Under the pieces are notes generated by a model. It was not told where the DNA came from. It saw only the letters and a list, made by a program, of their open reading frames with translations, and did no database searches. A program made the position numbers and the translations under genes. From assembly GCA_048941265.1 (NCBI GenBank), contig JBHLNT010000129.1, positions 1 through 11,624 on the forward strand: 11,624 nucleotides of DNA, given 5' to 3'. This document shows, one piece after another, positions 1 through 7,334 of this stretch. How positions within the stretch are numbered: the stretch's first letter is position 1; each line of letters starts with the position of its first letter. The DNA is from Promethearchaeota archaeon. GTDB lineage: Archaea > Asgardarchaeota > Lokiarchaeia > Sigyniarchaeales > SOKP01.

Positions 1-50
1 CTAAATTAACGTTTACACTCTTTAAAAAATATCAATTTCTTCCAAAAACT

Positions 51-332
51 ATGAAATTAATAGAAACTGAGATTGTATTTGGATCTGAAGAAATGGAATA
101 TTTTAATAAAGCGAAAATCCTTAGCCAAAACTACATGTTTTTCTCTAAATGGGAGGCAGTAATTCCGAAAATCTTAGAGAAAAATCAGTTTGTTGTGGTA
201 TTGCTCTTTTTAGCCGAAAGCTATGCCAATGGAAGAGCCTACACGCTTGAAGTTGTTTTTGATAAAAATTCAAAAGAGGTAGTACATATAGCTGATGGAT
301 TTGGTCGTGATTTAACCGATCACCACGGCTAA
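51..332 (+). CDS. Hypothetical protein, possibly 5'-truncated by the window edge
   Basis: 93-aa ORF. The same frame is open without stops from position 3, so the real start may lie outside the window. No family recognised. Confidence 0.6.
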   Translation: MKLIETEIVFGSEEMEYFNKAKILSQNYMFFSKWEAVIPKILEKNQFVVVLLFLAESYANGRAYTLEVVFDKNSKEVVHIADGFGRDLTDHHG

Positions 333-381
333 AAAGTTGAAAAATAAAAAAATGGTTCTACTTTTTTTAAATCTAAATATT

Positions 382-516
382 CTAGTTAGCAAAAGGCAGT
401 GCTAAAGTTAGGAAATACGAGAAATCTTCAGTACAAGAGTATATCTCAGAGCATCTCCTTTGTTTTTCATACCTTTCTTCCAACGTTCGAGCTTTTTCAT
501 GCTTTAATTCATTCAT
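382..516 (-). CDS. Small hypothetical protein, 44 aa (MNELKHEKARTLEERYEKQRRCSEIYSCTEDFSYFLTLALPFAN)
   Basis: Translated by hand; not in the ORF track. ATG at 516 is preceded by a strong AAGGAGGT Shine-Dalgarno (532-525) with an 8-nt spacer. TAG at 384-382. Confidence 0.7.
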   Translation of the reverse strand: MNELKHEKARTLEERYEKQRRCSEIYSCTEDFSYFLTLALPFAN

Positions 517-666
517 ACTTTTTTACCTCCTTTTGTGAAACATAAAAGATTTCAAAAATATTGTGAAAAATTACTATTAATAATCTTCATATGAGTTTTT
601 ATTGAAAAATAAATAAATCTAATTATGCAGATTAACGTTCAAAGTAATTTCTTTTTTAAAATATAA

Positions 667-828
667 TTATTTATCTCTATTGGATGATTCCAAGCTTTTT
701 CTTCTTATATATAGCAAAATCTTAACTATAATATACACGCCTATTATAATTATACCTATTGCTCCAACAACCATTAAGAAATATGCAGCACCCAAATTTC
801 CTTCAAAATTTACTGTATCTAAAATCAT
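667..828 (-). CDS. Small single-pass membrane protein, 53 aa (MILDTVNFEGNLGAAYFLMVVGAIGIIIIGVYIIVKILLYIRRKSLESSNRDK)
   Basis: Translated by hand: ATG 828, TAA 669-667. Long hydrophobic segment followed by a basic RRK cluster (positive-inside pattern). Confidence 0.65.
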   Translation of the reverse strand: MILDTVNFEGNLGAAYFLMVVGAIGIIIIGVYIIVKILLYIRRKSLESSNRDK

Positions 829-914
829 CTTTTCTTATTAAGGAGTAAATTTTCAATTTTAATAATTGAGTTATGATTACTATATATAGAGTAAGATAAA
901 AGAACTTACCTTTC

Positions 915-1508
915 ATGTTAGAAAATGGCATTATTTTAAAAATTAGGAATTACGCAATTGATAACTCTGAGAGTAATGATATCCACGGATTTTCTCATGT
1001 TCAGCGAGTTTATAATACATGCGTTAAGATTGGTCAAAATTTAAATGCTAATATGAAAATACTAAAAATAGCGGCCCTTCTTCATGATATTGGCAGAATA
1101 GATGAGAAAAAAGATCCTTCTAAAAAAAATCATGCAGAAATTTCAGCTATAAAAGCAAAAGAATTTTTAGCTACTAACAATTTTAATCTTTCTCAAAAGG
1201 AAATTAATAATATTATTCATGCAATTAGCGCTCATTCATTTTCAAATAATATATCTCCTCAAACTCTTGAAGCAAAAATTCTTTCGGACGCTGATAAATT
1301 AGATGCAATTGGTGCTATAGGTATATTTCGAACAATTGGTTTTACATTACAAAATAGTGGGAGTATCGACCAAATAATAGAACATCTTAAAAATAAGATT
1401 TTAAAATTAAAAAATAAAATGCATTTAGATTATTCAAAAAAGATTGCTCAAGATCGTCATAAAATTACATTGGAATTTTACAATAAATTAAAAAAAGAAA
1501 GAATTTAA
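915..1508 (+). CDS. HD-domain metal-dependent phosphohydrolase (YedJ/YpgQ-like)
   Basis: Motifs HGFSHVQRV, AALLHDIGR, NHAEISA, AISAHS and DADKLDAIGAIGIFR are typical of this HD subfamily. Confidence 0.9.
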   Translation: MLENGIILKIRNYAIDNSESNDIHGFSHVQRVYNTCVKIGQNLNANMKILKIAALLHDIGRIDEKKDPSKKNHAEISAIKAKEFLATNNFNLSQKEINNIIHAISAHSFSNNISPQTLEAKILSDADKLDAIGAIGIFRTIGFTLQNSGSIDQIIEHLKNKILKLKNKMHLDYSKKIAQDRHKITLEFYNKLKKERI

Positions 1509-1518
1509 ATTTTAAATT

Positions 1519-1547
1519 AAAATCTTAGCCTTTAATTCTAGGATTTT
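1519..1547. terminator. Imperfect hairpin between convergent genes, possible terminator
   Basis: AAAATCTTAG (1519-1528) pairs with CTAGGATTTT (1538-1547), with one G-U pair and a 9-nt loop. It lies between the convergent HD and Fe-S genes. Confidence 0.3.
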
Positions 1548-1589
1548 TGTGAATTTAGAGTAAAGAATAAAAAATAGAAGTTAGATTCT

Positions 1590-2168
1590 TTATAATCGTC
1601 TCCTTGGTTTTGGAGGACAATAATAAACCGATGGACTTGTCCCAACTTCAGGTTTTAATTGAAATACCTCCCTTGATCCAATTTTTTGCGAAATAAGACT
1701 GTTAGGGTCATTTAGATCTCCAAAAAATATAGCTTGTCCCTCACAGCAAATAACACAAAATGGTTCAAGTCCCTTATCTATTCTATGAACACAGAGATTG
1801 CATTTTTCTATTATGTTTTTTTCTTGAATATAAAGGATAACATTATAAGGACAAGCATTCACACATGCTTGGCATCCATCACATTTTTTTTCCTCATAAA
1901 TAACGGGTCCATCTTCTCGTTTAATCAATGCATCATTAGGGCAAGCATCTACACAAGGAGGATTGGCACAATGATTACAAAGACGCAACAACCATTCCAA
2001 TTTTACATCAGGATATTGACCCGAAGGAGTATCTTTTTGAGGTACATTTTGAGTCTCAACCTGAATCCAGTGCCCTATTGAGTTATTCTCAATTTTACAC
2101 GCTACTGTGCAAGCTTCACAGCCAATACATCGTTCTTGATCTATAACTAAACCTAATCTTTTGCTCAT
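1590..2168 (-). CDS. 4Fe-4S dicluster electron-transfer subunit (DmsB/NrfC/TtrB-like four-cluster protein)
   Basis: Four Cys groups: CIGCEACTVAC, CNHCANPPCVDACP, CDGCQACVNACPY and KCNLC...PFCVICC, plus FGDLNDP. Its start overlaps the stop of the catalytic subunit (ATGA). Confidence 0.95.
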   Translation of the reverse strand: MSKRLGLVIDQERCIGCEACTVACKIENNSIGHWIQVETQNVPQKDTPSGQYPDVKLEWLLRLCNHCANPPCVDACPNDALIKREDGPVIYEEKKCDGCQACVNACPYNVILYIQEKNIIEKCNLCVHRIDKGLEPFCVICCEGQAIFFGDLNDPNSLISQKIGSREVFQLKPEVGTSPSVYYCPPKPRRRL

Positions 2169-4438
2169 CTTCCGCCCTCCTTATATTTGATAACTTCCAC
2201 AGCTACATCGTTCATGTGCATATTCGGTTCATAAACTTTATTCTGAACTGGATTGATTTTATCATGTGTAAGATGATTAACACTTCCCTCTTTAAATTGT
2301 TCAATCCACCAGCCCTCGGTGATATTAACTACTCCAGGTCCCACGGATTCACTAATCCTCGCTTTGAGAGTGGTACGGGCTCTATCATTAAGTACAGTTA
2401 CTATATCATTATCGGAAATGTATCTTGCCTTGGCATCAATCGAATTAATTTCTACAATTGGTTCCGGGTTTAGTTCAAGCAGAGACTTTACATTTGAGAA
2501 CATTGAATGGGTTCGAAAACGACTATGACCTTGGATAAATGTTAAAGGATATTTTCTCTTTTCTGGAGTAATAGGAGCTTCAATCGGAGGTAAATAGACT
2601 GGAAGAGCCTGACCATCTTCTACAAGTTGTTCAGCATAAAGTTCAATTTTTCTCGAGGGCGTTCTAAAATTTAAAGGAAAATTACCACCTTCAGGGAGTT
2701 CTCTTAAGAGCATAGCACCTTTACTTAGTGTCTCTCGATTATATCCTTCTAATGAGGAATGATTCGTAATAAGATCTATCATGCCTTCTTCTCCGCCCTT
2801 AAAATATTCTCCATATCCTAATTTTTCGGCAAGTCCTGCGACGATATTTACATCTGATTTGGATTCATACAGCGGCTTAATTACTTTCTGTTGAAGCTGT
2901 ACATAGGGATAAGGATGAGATACAAAATCAGAAAATTCTAAAAAACTACAAACTGGTAATAAAAGATCTGCATAGCGAGCAGAAGGAGTCATGAACAATT
3001 CTGATTGTACAATAAACTCTAATTTTGGATAAAATTGATTTATAATTTTGTTATAGTCAACACATTGATTTAAGAAATTGATAAATGCAAACCAAAGCGC
3101 TTTTATAGGATATGGTTTTCCAGAAATTACTGCTTCATATAAATTTAAAATACCAAGCCTATGAAAACTTGGCTTATCAGGAACGGCTTTAAGAAATGGA
3201 TCCCAATTTAAAATCGCCGGAATATAACCTGAGCTAAAAGAAGTAGATACATGACCGGTAATACTCGCGACGGAACATAAACCTCTTAATGAGATATCTC
3301 CATGATACGTTCGGGTAAATCCCATATATGTGAAAAAAGTAACATTATCAGTAGTTCCTAATTTTTTCGCTAATTTGATTATTAAGTTGGCCTCAACTCC
3401 AGTTATCTCTGCTGCTTTTTCGGGTGGATATTCTTGAGCTAAATCTCTCAAAAGTTGAAAGGCAGGTTTACATTCAATCCCATTTACTTCATAAGTCCCT
3501 GTTATGCTCGCAGATTCTATACCTTTTCGCCGAATCGGTTTTGCAGAATTTGAACTTTCATCCCAAATAATATATGAGTCTGCTTTTTTATCTCCAATAT
3601 CTTTGCCGCGAAGAAGTTTGCCATTATCATTTCTTACTAAATAAGGGCCATTTGTATATTCCCGAATAAACTCTATATTATGTAGCTTATTTTGAAAAAT
3701 CACGTTCATAAGTCCTAAAGCAAGAGCACTATCCGTACCGGGTTTTAACCCAAGAAACTCATCGGCCTTAGAAGCAGTTACAGTAAATCGGGAATCAATA
3801 ACTACAAGCTGTGTACCTGCTTCTTTCGCATCCATTATTTTTCGCATAGTCTGAAGAGGCATAGATTCACCAGGATTCGCACCCCACACAACCAATAGTT
3901 CAGGCCAATTTCTCTGCCAAAACTTACCAAAAAGATACATATAAGGAAATTGACTGCCAAAAATAACCCTACTCCCGCAAGGTAGACCCGCATCTCCATA
4001 CCCCCAAGCACTTACCCGAGTGCTTTGTGTCAAACTTGCTATTCTAAGATATGCTCCAAACTTAGTGGTACCAGCACCAGGACCACCTAATACCCAACCT
4101 ATTGATCTCCAACCATATTTGTCTGATATTTCCTTAAATTTCTTGACAATGATTTCATACGCTTCATCCCAGGAAATGCGTTCGAATTTTGCTTCACCTC
4201 TCTCTCCAATCCTTTTCATCGGATATTTCAAACGATCTGGATGATAGGTAATATCTAAACTGGAAAGTCCTCTTAGGCAAATTCTACGATCTACTTTGTT
4301 TGGAAACTCGGCGGGTTCCAACTTTATAACCCGATCTCCTTTTACATGAGCTAAAATACCACAAGCATCAATACCACAGTGTGCTGGACAAGCTGTCCTG
4401 ATTAGTTTTATTTCATTGTTTTCATTGCTTTCTGTCAT
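2165..4438 (-). CDS. Molybdopterin (Mo/W-bisPGD) oxidoreductase catalytic subunit, DMSO reductase family
   Basis: N-terminal Fe-S motif C17-x3-C21-x4-C26...C54. Family motifs YHPDRLKYPMKR, ERISWDEA, WGANP, PGTDSALALG, TPSARYADLLLP and HSRFRTHS, plus a C-terminal molydop-binding domain. No twin-arginine signal. Confidence 0.95.
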   Translation of the reverse strand: MTESNENNEIKLIRTACPAHCGIDACGILAHVKGDRVIKLEPAEFPNKVDRRICLRGLSSLDITYHPDRLKYPMKRIGERGEAKFERISWDEAYEIIVKKFKEISDKYGWRSIGWVLGGPGAGTTKFGAYLRIASLTQSTRVSAWGYGDAGLPCGSRVIFGSQFPYMYLFGKFWQRNWPELLVVWGANPGESMPLQTMRKIMDAKEAGTQLVVIDSRFTVTASKADEFLGLKPGTDSALALGLMNVIFQNKLHNIEFIREYTNGPYLVRNDNGKLLRGKDIGDKKADSYIIWDESSNSAKPIRRKGIESASITGTYEVNGIECKPAFQLLRDLAQEYPPEKAAEITGVEANLIIKLAKKLGTTDNVTFFTYMGFTRTYHGDISLRGLCSVASITGHVSTSFSSGYIPAILNWDPFLKAVPDKPSFHRLGILNLYEAVISGKPYPIKALWFAFINFLNQCVDYNKIINQFYPKLEFIVQSELFMTPSARYADLLLPVCSFLEFSDFVSHPYPYVQLQQKVIKPLYESKSDVNIVAGLAEKLGYGEYFKGGEEGMIDLITNHSSLEGYNRETLSKGAMLLRELPEGGNFPLNFRTPSRKIELYAEQLVEDGQALPVYLPPIEAPITPEKRKYPLTFIQGHSRFRTHSMFSNVKSLLELNPEPIVEINSIDAKARYISDNDIVTVLNDRARTTLKARISESVGPGVVNITEGWWIEQFKEGSVNHLTHDKINPVQNKVYEPNMHMNDVAVEVIKYKEGGR

Positions 4439-4477
4439 AAAACAAAAAACACACAGTTTTTATTCAAATTCTTAAAA

Positions 4478-4514
4478 TCGTTATATTATATTCAAATTGT
4501 CTTGATATATCAAG
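4478..4514 (-). promoter_or_regulatory. Putative promoter/operator of the molybdoenzyme operon
   Basis: Minus-strand TATA-like ATATAACGA (4486-4478), 40 nt upstream of ATG 4438. Perfect 14-bp palindrome CTTGATATATCAAG at 4501-4514. Confidence 0.4.
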
Positions 4515-4549
4515 TTTTATATTATTTTTGTAAAATTTTTTGTTTAAGT

Positions 4550-4561
4550 GAAAGTTTATAA
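4550..4561 (+). promoter_or_regulatory. Archaeal BRE + TATA box for the 4594 small ORF
   Basis: Purine-rich GAAAG followed by TTTATAA (4555-4561), about 33 nt upstream of ATG 4594. Confidence 0.5.
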
Positions 4562-4593
4562 CCTAGTTAGATAATTATTGATATGACTATATT

Positions 4594-4764
4594 ATGGCTG
4601 AAGAAGAAGATTTTGAAATGGAAGATGAATCTGATAACGAAGATGTCAAAAAGGAAAAGGCTCAATTAGACAGTTTAGGAGTAGCTAGTACATGGAATAT
4701 CCTGACTGATTCTAAAAAAGAGAAAAAAGAAGAAAAAAAGCCCGAATTCAGAGGGTTCAAATAG
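4594..4764 (+). CDS. Small charged, probably disordered protein, 56 aa (MAEEEDFEMEDESDNEDVKKEKAQLDSLGVASTWNILTDSKKEKKEEKKPEFRGFK)
   Basis: Translated by hand; not in the ORF track. Protein-like composition, upstream BRE-TATA and downstream T-rich tracts. Confidence 0.75.
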   Translation: MAEEEDFEMEDESDNEDVKKEKAQLDSLGVASTWNILTDSKKEKKEEKKPEFRGFK

Positions 4765-4883
4765 ATATCTTTGGTTATTTTTACATTTCTTTTCATAACA
4801 ACTCATTCTTAATATTTTTGAGCAGTTATAATAGCTTTAAAAAAAAAGAAAATAAAAATTGTTCTTTTTTAATTGAAATGTCC

Positions 4884-5018
4884 TTATTGTTCCTTTAGGA
4901 ATCTCTTTTTAATCATTTCAAGCATCATAAAGCCAATATAAAATATAATCGCACTTAAGACAAGTATTAACCGAAAAGGTGGAAAAGATAAAACTGTTTC
5001 TAAGGTATCAATCGCCAT
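4884..5018 (-). CDS. Small single-pass membrane protein, 44 aa (MAIDTLETVLSFPPFRLILVLSAIIFYIGFMMLEMIKKRFLKEQ)
   Basis: Translated by hand. ATG 5018 is preceded by AAGGGA; one hydrophobic helix followed by KKR; TAA 4886-4884. Confidence 0.6.
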   Translation of the reverse strand: MAIDTLETVLSFPPFRLILVLSAIIFYIGFMMLEMIKKRFLKEQ

Positions 5019-5116
5019 ATTCCCTTAACTCAAATAACTACAAAATTAATACATCTATCATATTTTATTCTTATTTAAAACTATTTAGAGTAAAGGAAAA
5101 ATAAAAGAAGATAAAT

Positions 5117-5674
5117 TTAATAATCAAGAGAAAATGTTTTTTTAACCCAATTTTCAATATCTTCACGAGAATTAGATTGGGGCTGTGCGTCCTTATATAC
5201 GTCCCTTTTCCGCTCTTCCTCCATATTCTTCGAAAAATCACGTATTTCTGTTATGGTGCCATTTTCCACTTGAATCTCAACTACGATCTTAAACGCCATT
5301 GGCCGCTGAAACCCCATATGGACGTACATTTGTTCAATGAAGTCTTTTGCTAATAAAACTTTTCCTGTGAATTTAGTCTTAAAATTTAAATTTTGATAGC
5401 AATAGTCAAATAAAGAATTACCAGTTTCTTTGGCAGTTTAAGGCTCGATTCCATTAATCTTAGGAGGTTTTTTTGTATTTACTAGCATTCCATCTAAGAT
5501 TAATTGGTCGTTTTTGAAGCTATATTTCATGACATACCCTCTCCAGCTGGCCGTACATCTAAAATAAGGTTGTATTCCAAAAACTTCAGGAGTTGGCAAT
5601 TCATTCCCTTTAAGACCTACAAGGGAAAACTTCTCTTCGTTATAGATAAATTCATCCGGAATTTGTGCTGTCGT
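5117..5674 (-). pseudogene. Interrupted conserved hypothetical gene (TAQIPD...TAxWRGY...YVHMGFQRP type)
   Basis: ORFs 5438..5683 and 5117..5329 share a frame and are joined through one TAA (5440-5438) by stop-free sequence TAKETGNSLFDYCYQNLNFKTKFTGKVLLAKDFIEQ. The codon 6 nt after the GGAGGTG SD (5687-5681) is ACG (5674-5672) where ATG is expected. Confidence 0.8.
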
Positions 5675-5686
5675 TAACAACACCTC

Positions 5687-6976
5687 CTAATAGAGTTTTA
5701 AAATAATATCCATTATATTCTGAAATTTCTCTTCTGAGCCCCATATTACATAAATTACATTATCGATAGGGATGGCAACTTCTTTTATTGCAACAATCCA
5801 ATCAGGACCAATATTATTTGCTATCTTACTATCTTCTTTAAACTTGAGAAAAATGGATGCTCCAAGATATTCTTGGACCTTAGTATATTCGATTTTCATT
5901 TGTTCAAAACCGGGGATTACTCCCTCTTTTTTTAATTTCTCAATCTGCTCTTCAATTTTATTATATACAAGGTCTAACTTATCTCGAACTCTTAATTCAT
6001 CGATTATATCTTTATCATATTCAAAAAAAATAATCCCAAAATCCTTTTCAAGTCCCATTATGCCTAAAACATCAATATCAAAAACCTCTCTCCCTAATGA
6101 CTGAGAATCTTTATAGCGTTTAGAGATATCTTCCCATCCATTACTCACATATTCGTCAATTAATAGTCTGAAACTTTTAAGAATTTTTATTTCTTCTTCT
6201 TTTTCCTTAATTATTTTATTTACTAAATCTCCTATAGGCCTTGCAACATAAACCTGTGTGCCTCTTGGAGTTTCTAAAACCTTTTCAACCCAATTTTTTT
6301 TTAAAAGCCTTTCGATTATACGATATATTGTTGTCCTTTTTATAACTAATTCTTTATTCAAATTCCCTACTGTTTCTCCCTTTTCACCTTTATTCAGCAA
6401 GGCTAAGTATACCCTTGCCTCATCTGGGCTTAGTCCAAATTTCTGTAATCCCAAAGTTTTTAATATTTTAGAGGTATCAAATAAAAATTTAGGAGAAACA
6501 GTCTGTGCAAAGGGAGTTTCATCCCCTAATAAAGCATCGGGGGATATATAAGGTTCTTTTGTACTCATTAAGCTTAATGCTCTTGAACATAATGTTATTA
6601 CATCAATTAGCTGAACTAACCGATCCTCTTCATCCAAAGAAATTTTACAAATTATTTTTCTATCCTCATCTTTATACCCAACAATAAAATCTCTTCGATT
6701 TGAAGAAAAGGCAACTAGCTTGTCATAGGTGTTTTGAATTATTCTATAAATTATTCCCATTAGCTCTATAATTTTTACATTTTTAAATTCCTCAGAGCCC
6801 CATATTACAGTAATATTTTCTAAATCTCCGCTAATATCCCAATTAAATGTGTAATACACTAAAATACTCTTTATTTCTTCACCTTTCGCATTTTTAATTG
6901 ATTCTATAATTGCTAAGGAATTTATATTTAAATCAGAATCCATAAAAGAATCTGCAATTTTCTCGTAATTGGTCAT
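5687..6976 (-). CDS. Transcriptional regulator: N-terminal profilin-like domain + TrmB-type winged HTH + uncharacterised C-terminal domain
   Basis: ORF-track aa ~185-257 (LQKFGLSPDEARVYLALL...IKRTTIYRIIERLLKKNWVEK...VYVARP) match the TrmB N-terminal HTH pattern. Aa ~10-150 (SLAII...YTFNWDISGDL...LMGIIYRIIQNTYDKLVA...IVG) resemble Loki profilins as recalled. The start is probably ATG 6976; the ORF track gives 7003. Confidence 0.8.
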   Translation of the reverse strand: MTNYEKIADSFMDSDLNINSLAIIESIKNAKGEEIKSILVYYTFNWDISGDLENITVIWGSEEFKNVKIIELMGIIYRIIQNTYDKLVAFSSNRRDFIVGYKDEDRKIICKISLDEEDRLVQLIDVITLCSRALSLMSTKEPYISPDALLGDETPFAQTVSPKFLFDTSKILKTLGLQKFGLSPDEARVYLALLNKGEKGETVGNLNKELVIKRTTIYRIIERLLKKNWVEKVLETPRGTQVYVARPIGDLVNKIIKEKEEEIKILKSFRLLIDEYVSNGWEDISKRYKDSQSLGREVFDIDVLGIMGLEKDFGIIFFEYDKDIIDELRVRDKLDLVYNKIEEQIEKLKKEGVIPGFEQMKIEYTKVQEYLGASIFLKFKEDSKIANNIGPDWIVAIKEVAIPIDNVIYVIWGSEEKFQNIMDIILKLY

Positions 6977-7012
6977 ATAAAGAGAAATTCTATTACATTT
7001 CATGCTATCATT

Positions 7013-7037
7013 TCGTTATATAATTATAGTATAATTA
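7013..7037 (-). promoter_or_regulatory. Putative promoter of the profilin-like/HTH gene
   Basis: Minus-strand ATATAACGA (7021-7013), 37 nt upstream of ATG 6976, abutting the palindrome TAATTATA-G-TATAATTA (7021-7037). Confidence 0.35.
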
Positions 7038-7073
7038 AAAAAATAAAATAATTTACCCGCCAATTTTTAGACT

Positions 7074-7304
7074 TCAAAGCAGGCTGTTTTGTTTGTTTTT
7101 AAATTTTTCTTTTAAATCTTTCAGCAAATCTCTCATACAATCATTTTCTTTAGATCTTTGAATACGTGTGAAATCATTTAGCCTTGAAAAATGCTCCGAC
7201 TTGATATTATGCTCCTTTTTATTGTCATCGATTTCATCTGGGCCATCTGACAAAACGATGCAGGGAATTTCGTCTATTACTTTAATTTTTACCAATCTTC
7301 TCAC
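7074..7304 (-). CDS. Small hypothetical protein directly downstream of actin, with a C-terminal amphipathic helix
   Basis: 76-codon ORF starting 30 nt after the actin stop. GGTGA (7305-7301) lies 5 nt before TTG 7295, which suggests a 73-aa product starting MVKIKVIDEIP. The protein ends MRDLLKDLKEKFKNKQNSLL. Confidence 0.7.
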   Translation of the reverse strand: MRRLVKIKVIDEIPCIVLSDGPDEIDDNKKEHNIKSEHFSRLNDFTRIQRSKENDCMRDLLKDLKEKFKNKQNSLL

Positions 7305-7334
7305 CCATATTTGAAATTTAAACCAAATTGGATC

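Noticed and set aside
72-92. IVFGSEE in the first ORF, resembling the regulator's VIWGSEE repeat
   Set aside because: The match is short and the flanking sequence is not similar; likely chance.
1734-4244. Plus-strand ORFs 1734..2081, 2216..2473, 2319..2528 and 4020..4244
   Set aside because: Antisense shadows of the well-supported Fe-S and molybdoenzyme genes, with no motifs.
4477-4514. ModE box (ATCGTTATAT half-site) or FNR box (TTGAT...ATCAA) upstream of the molybdoenzyme
   Set aside because: Only one ModE-like half-site is present and it coincides with the TATA-like element. The FNR-like arms have a 2-nt rather than 4-nt spacer.
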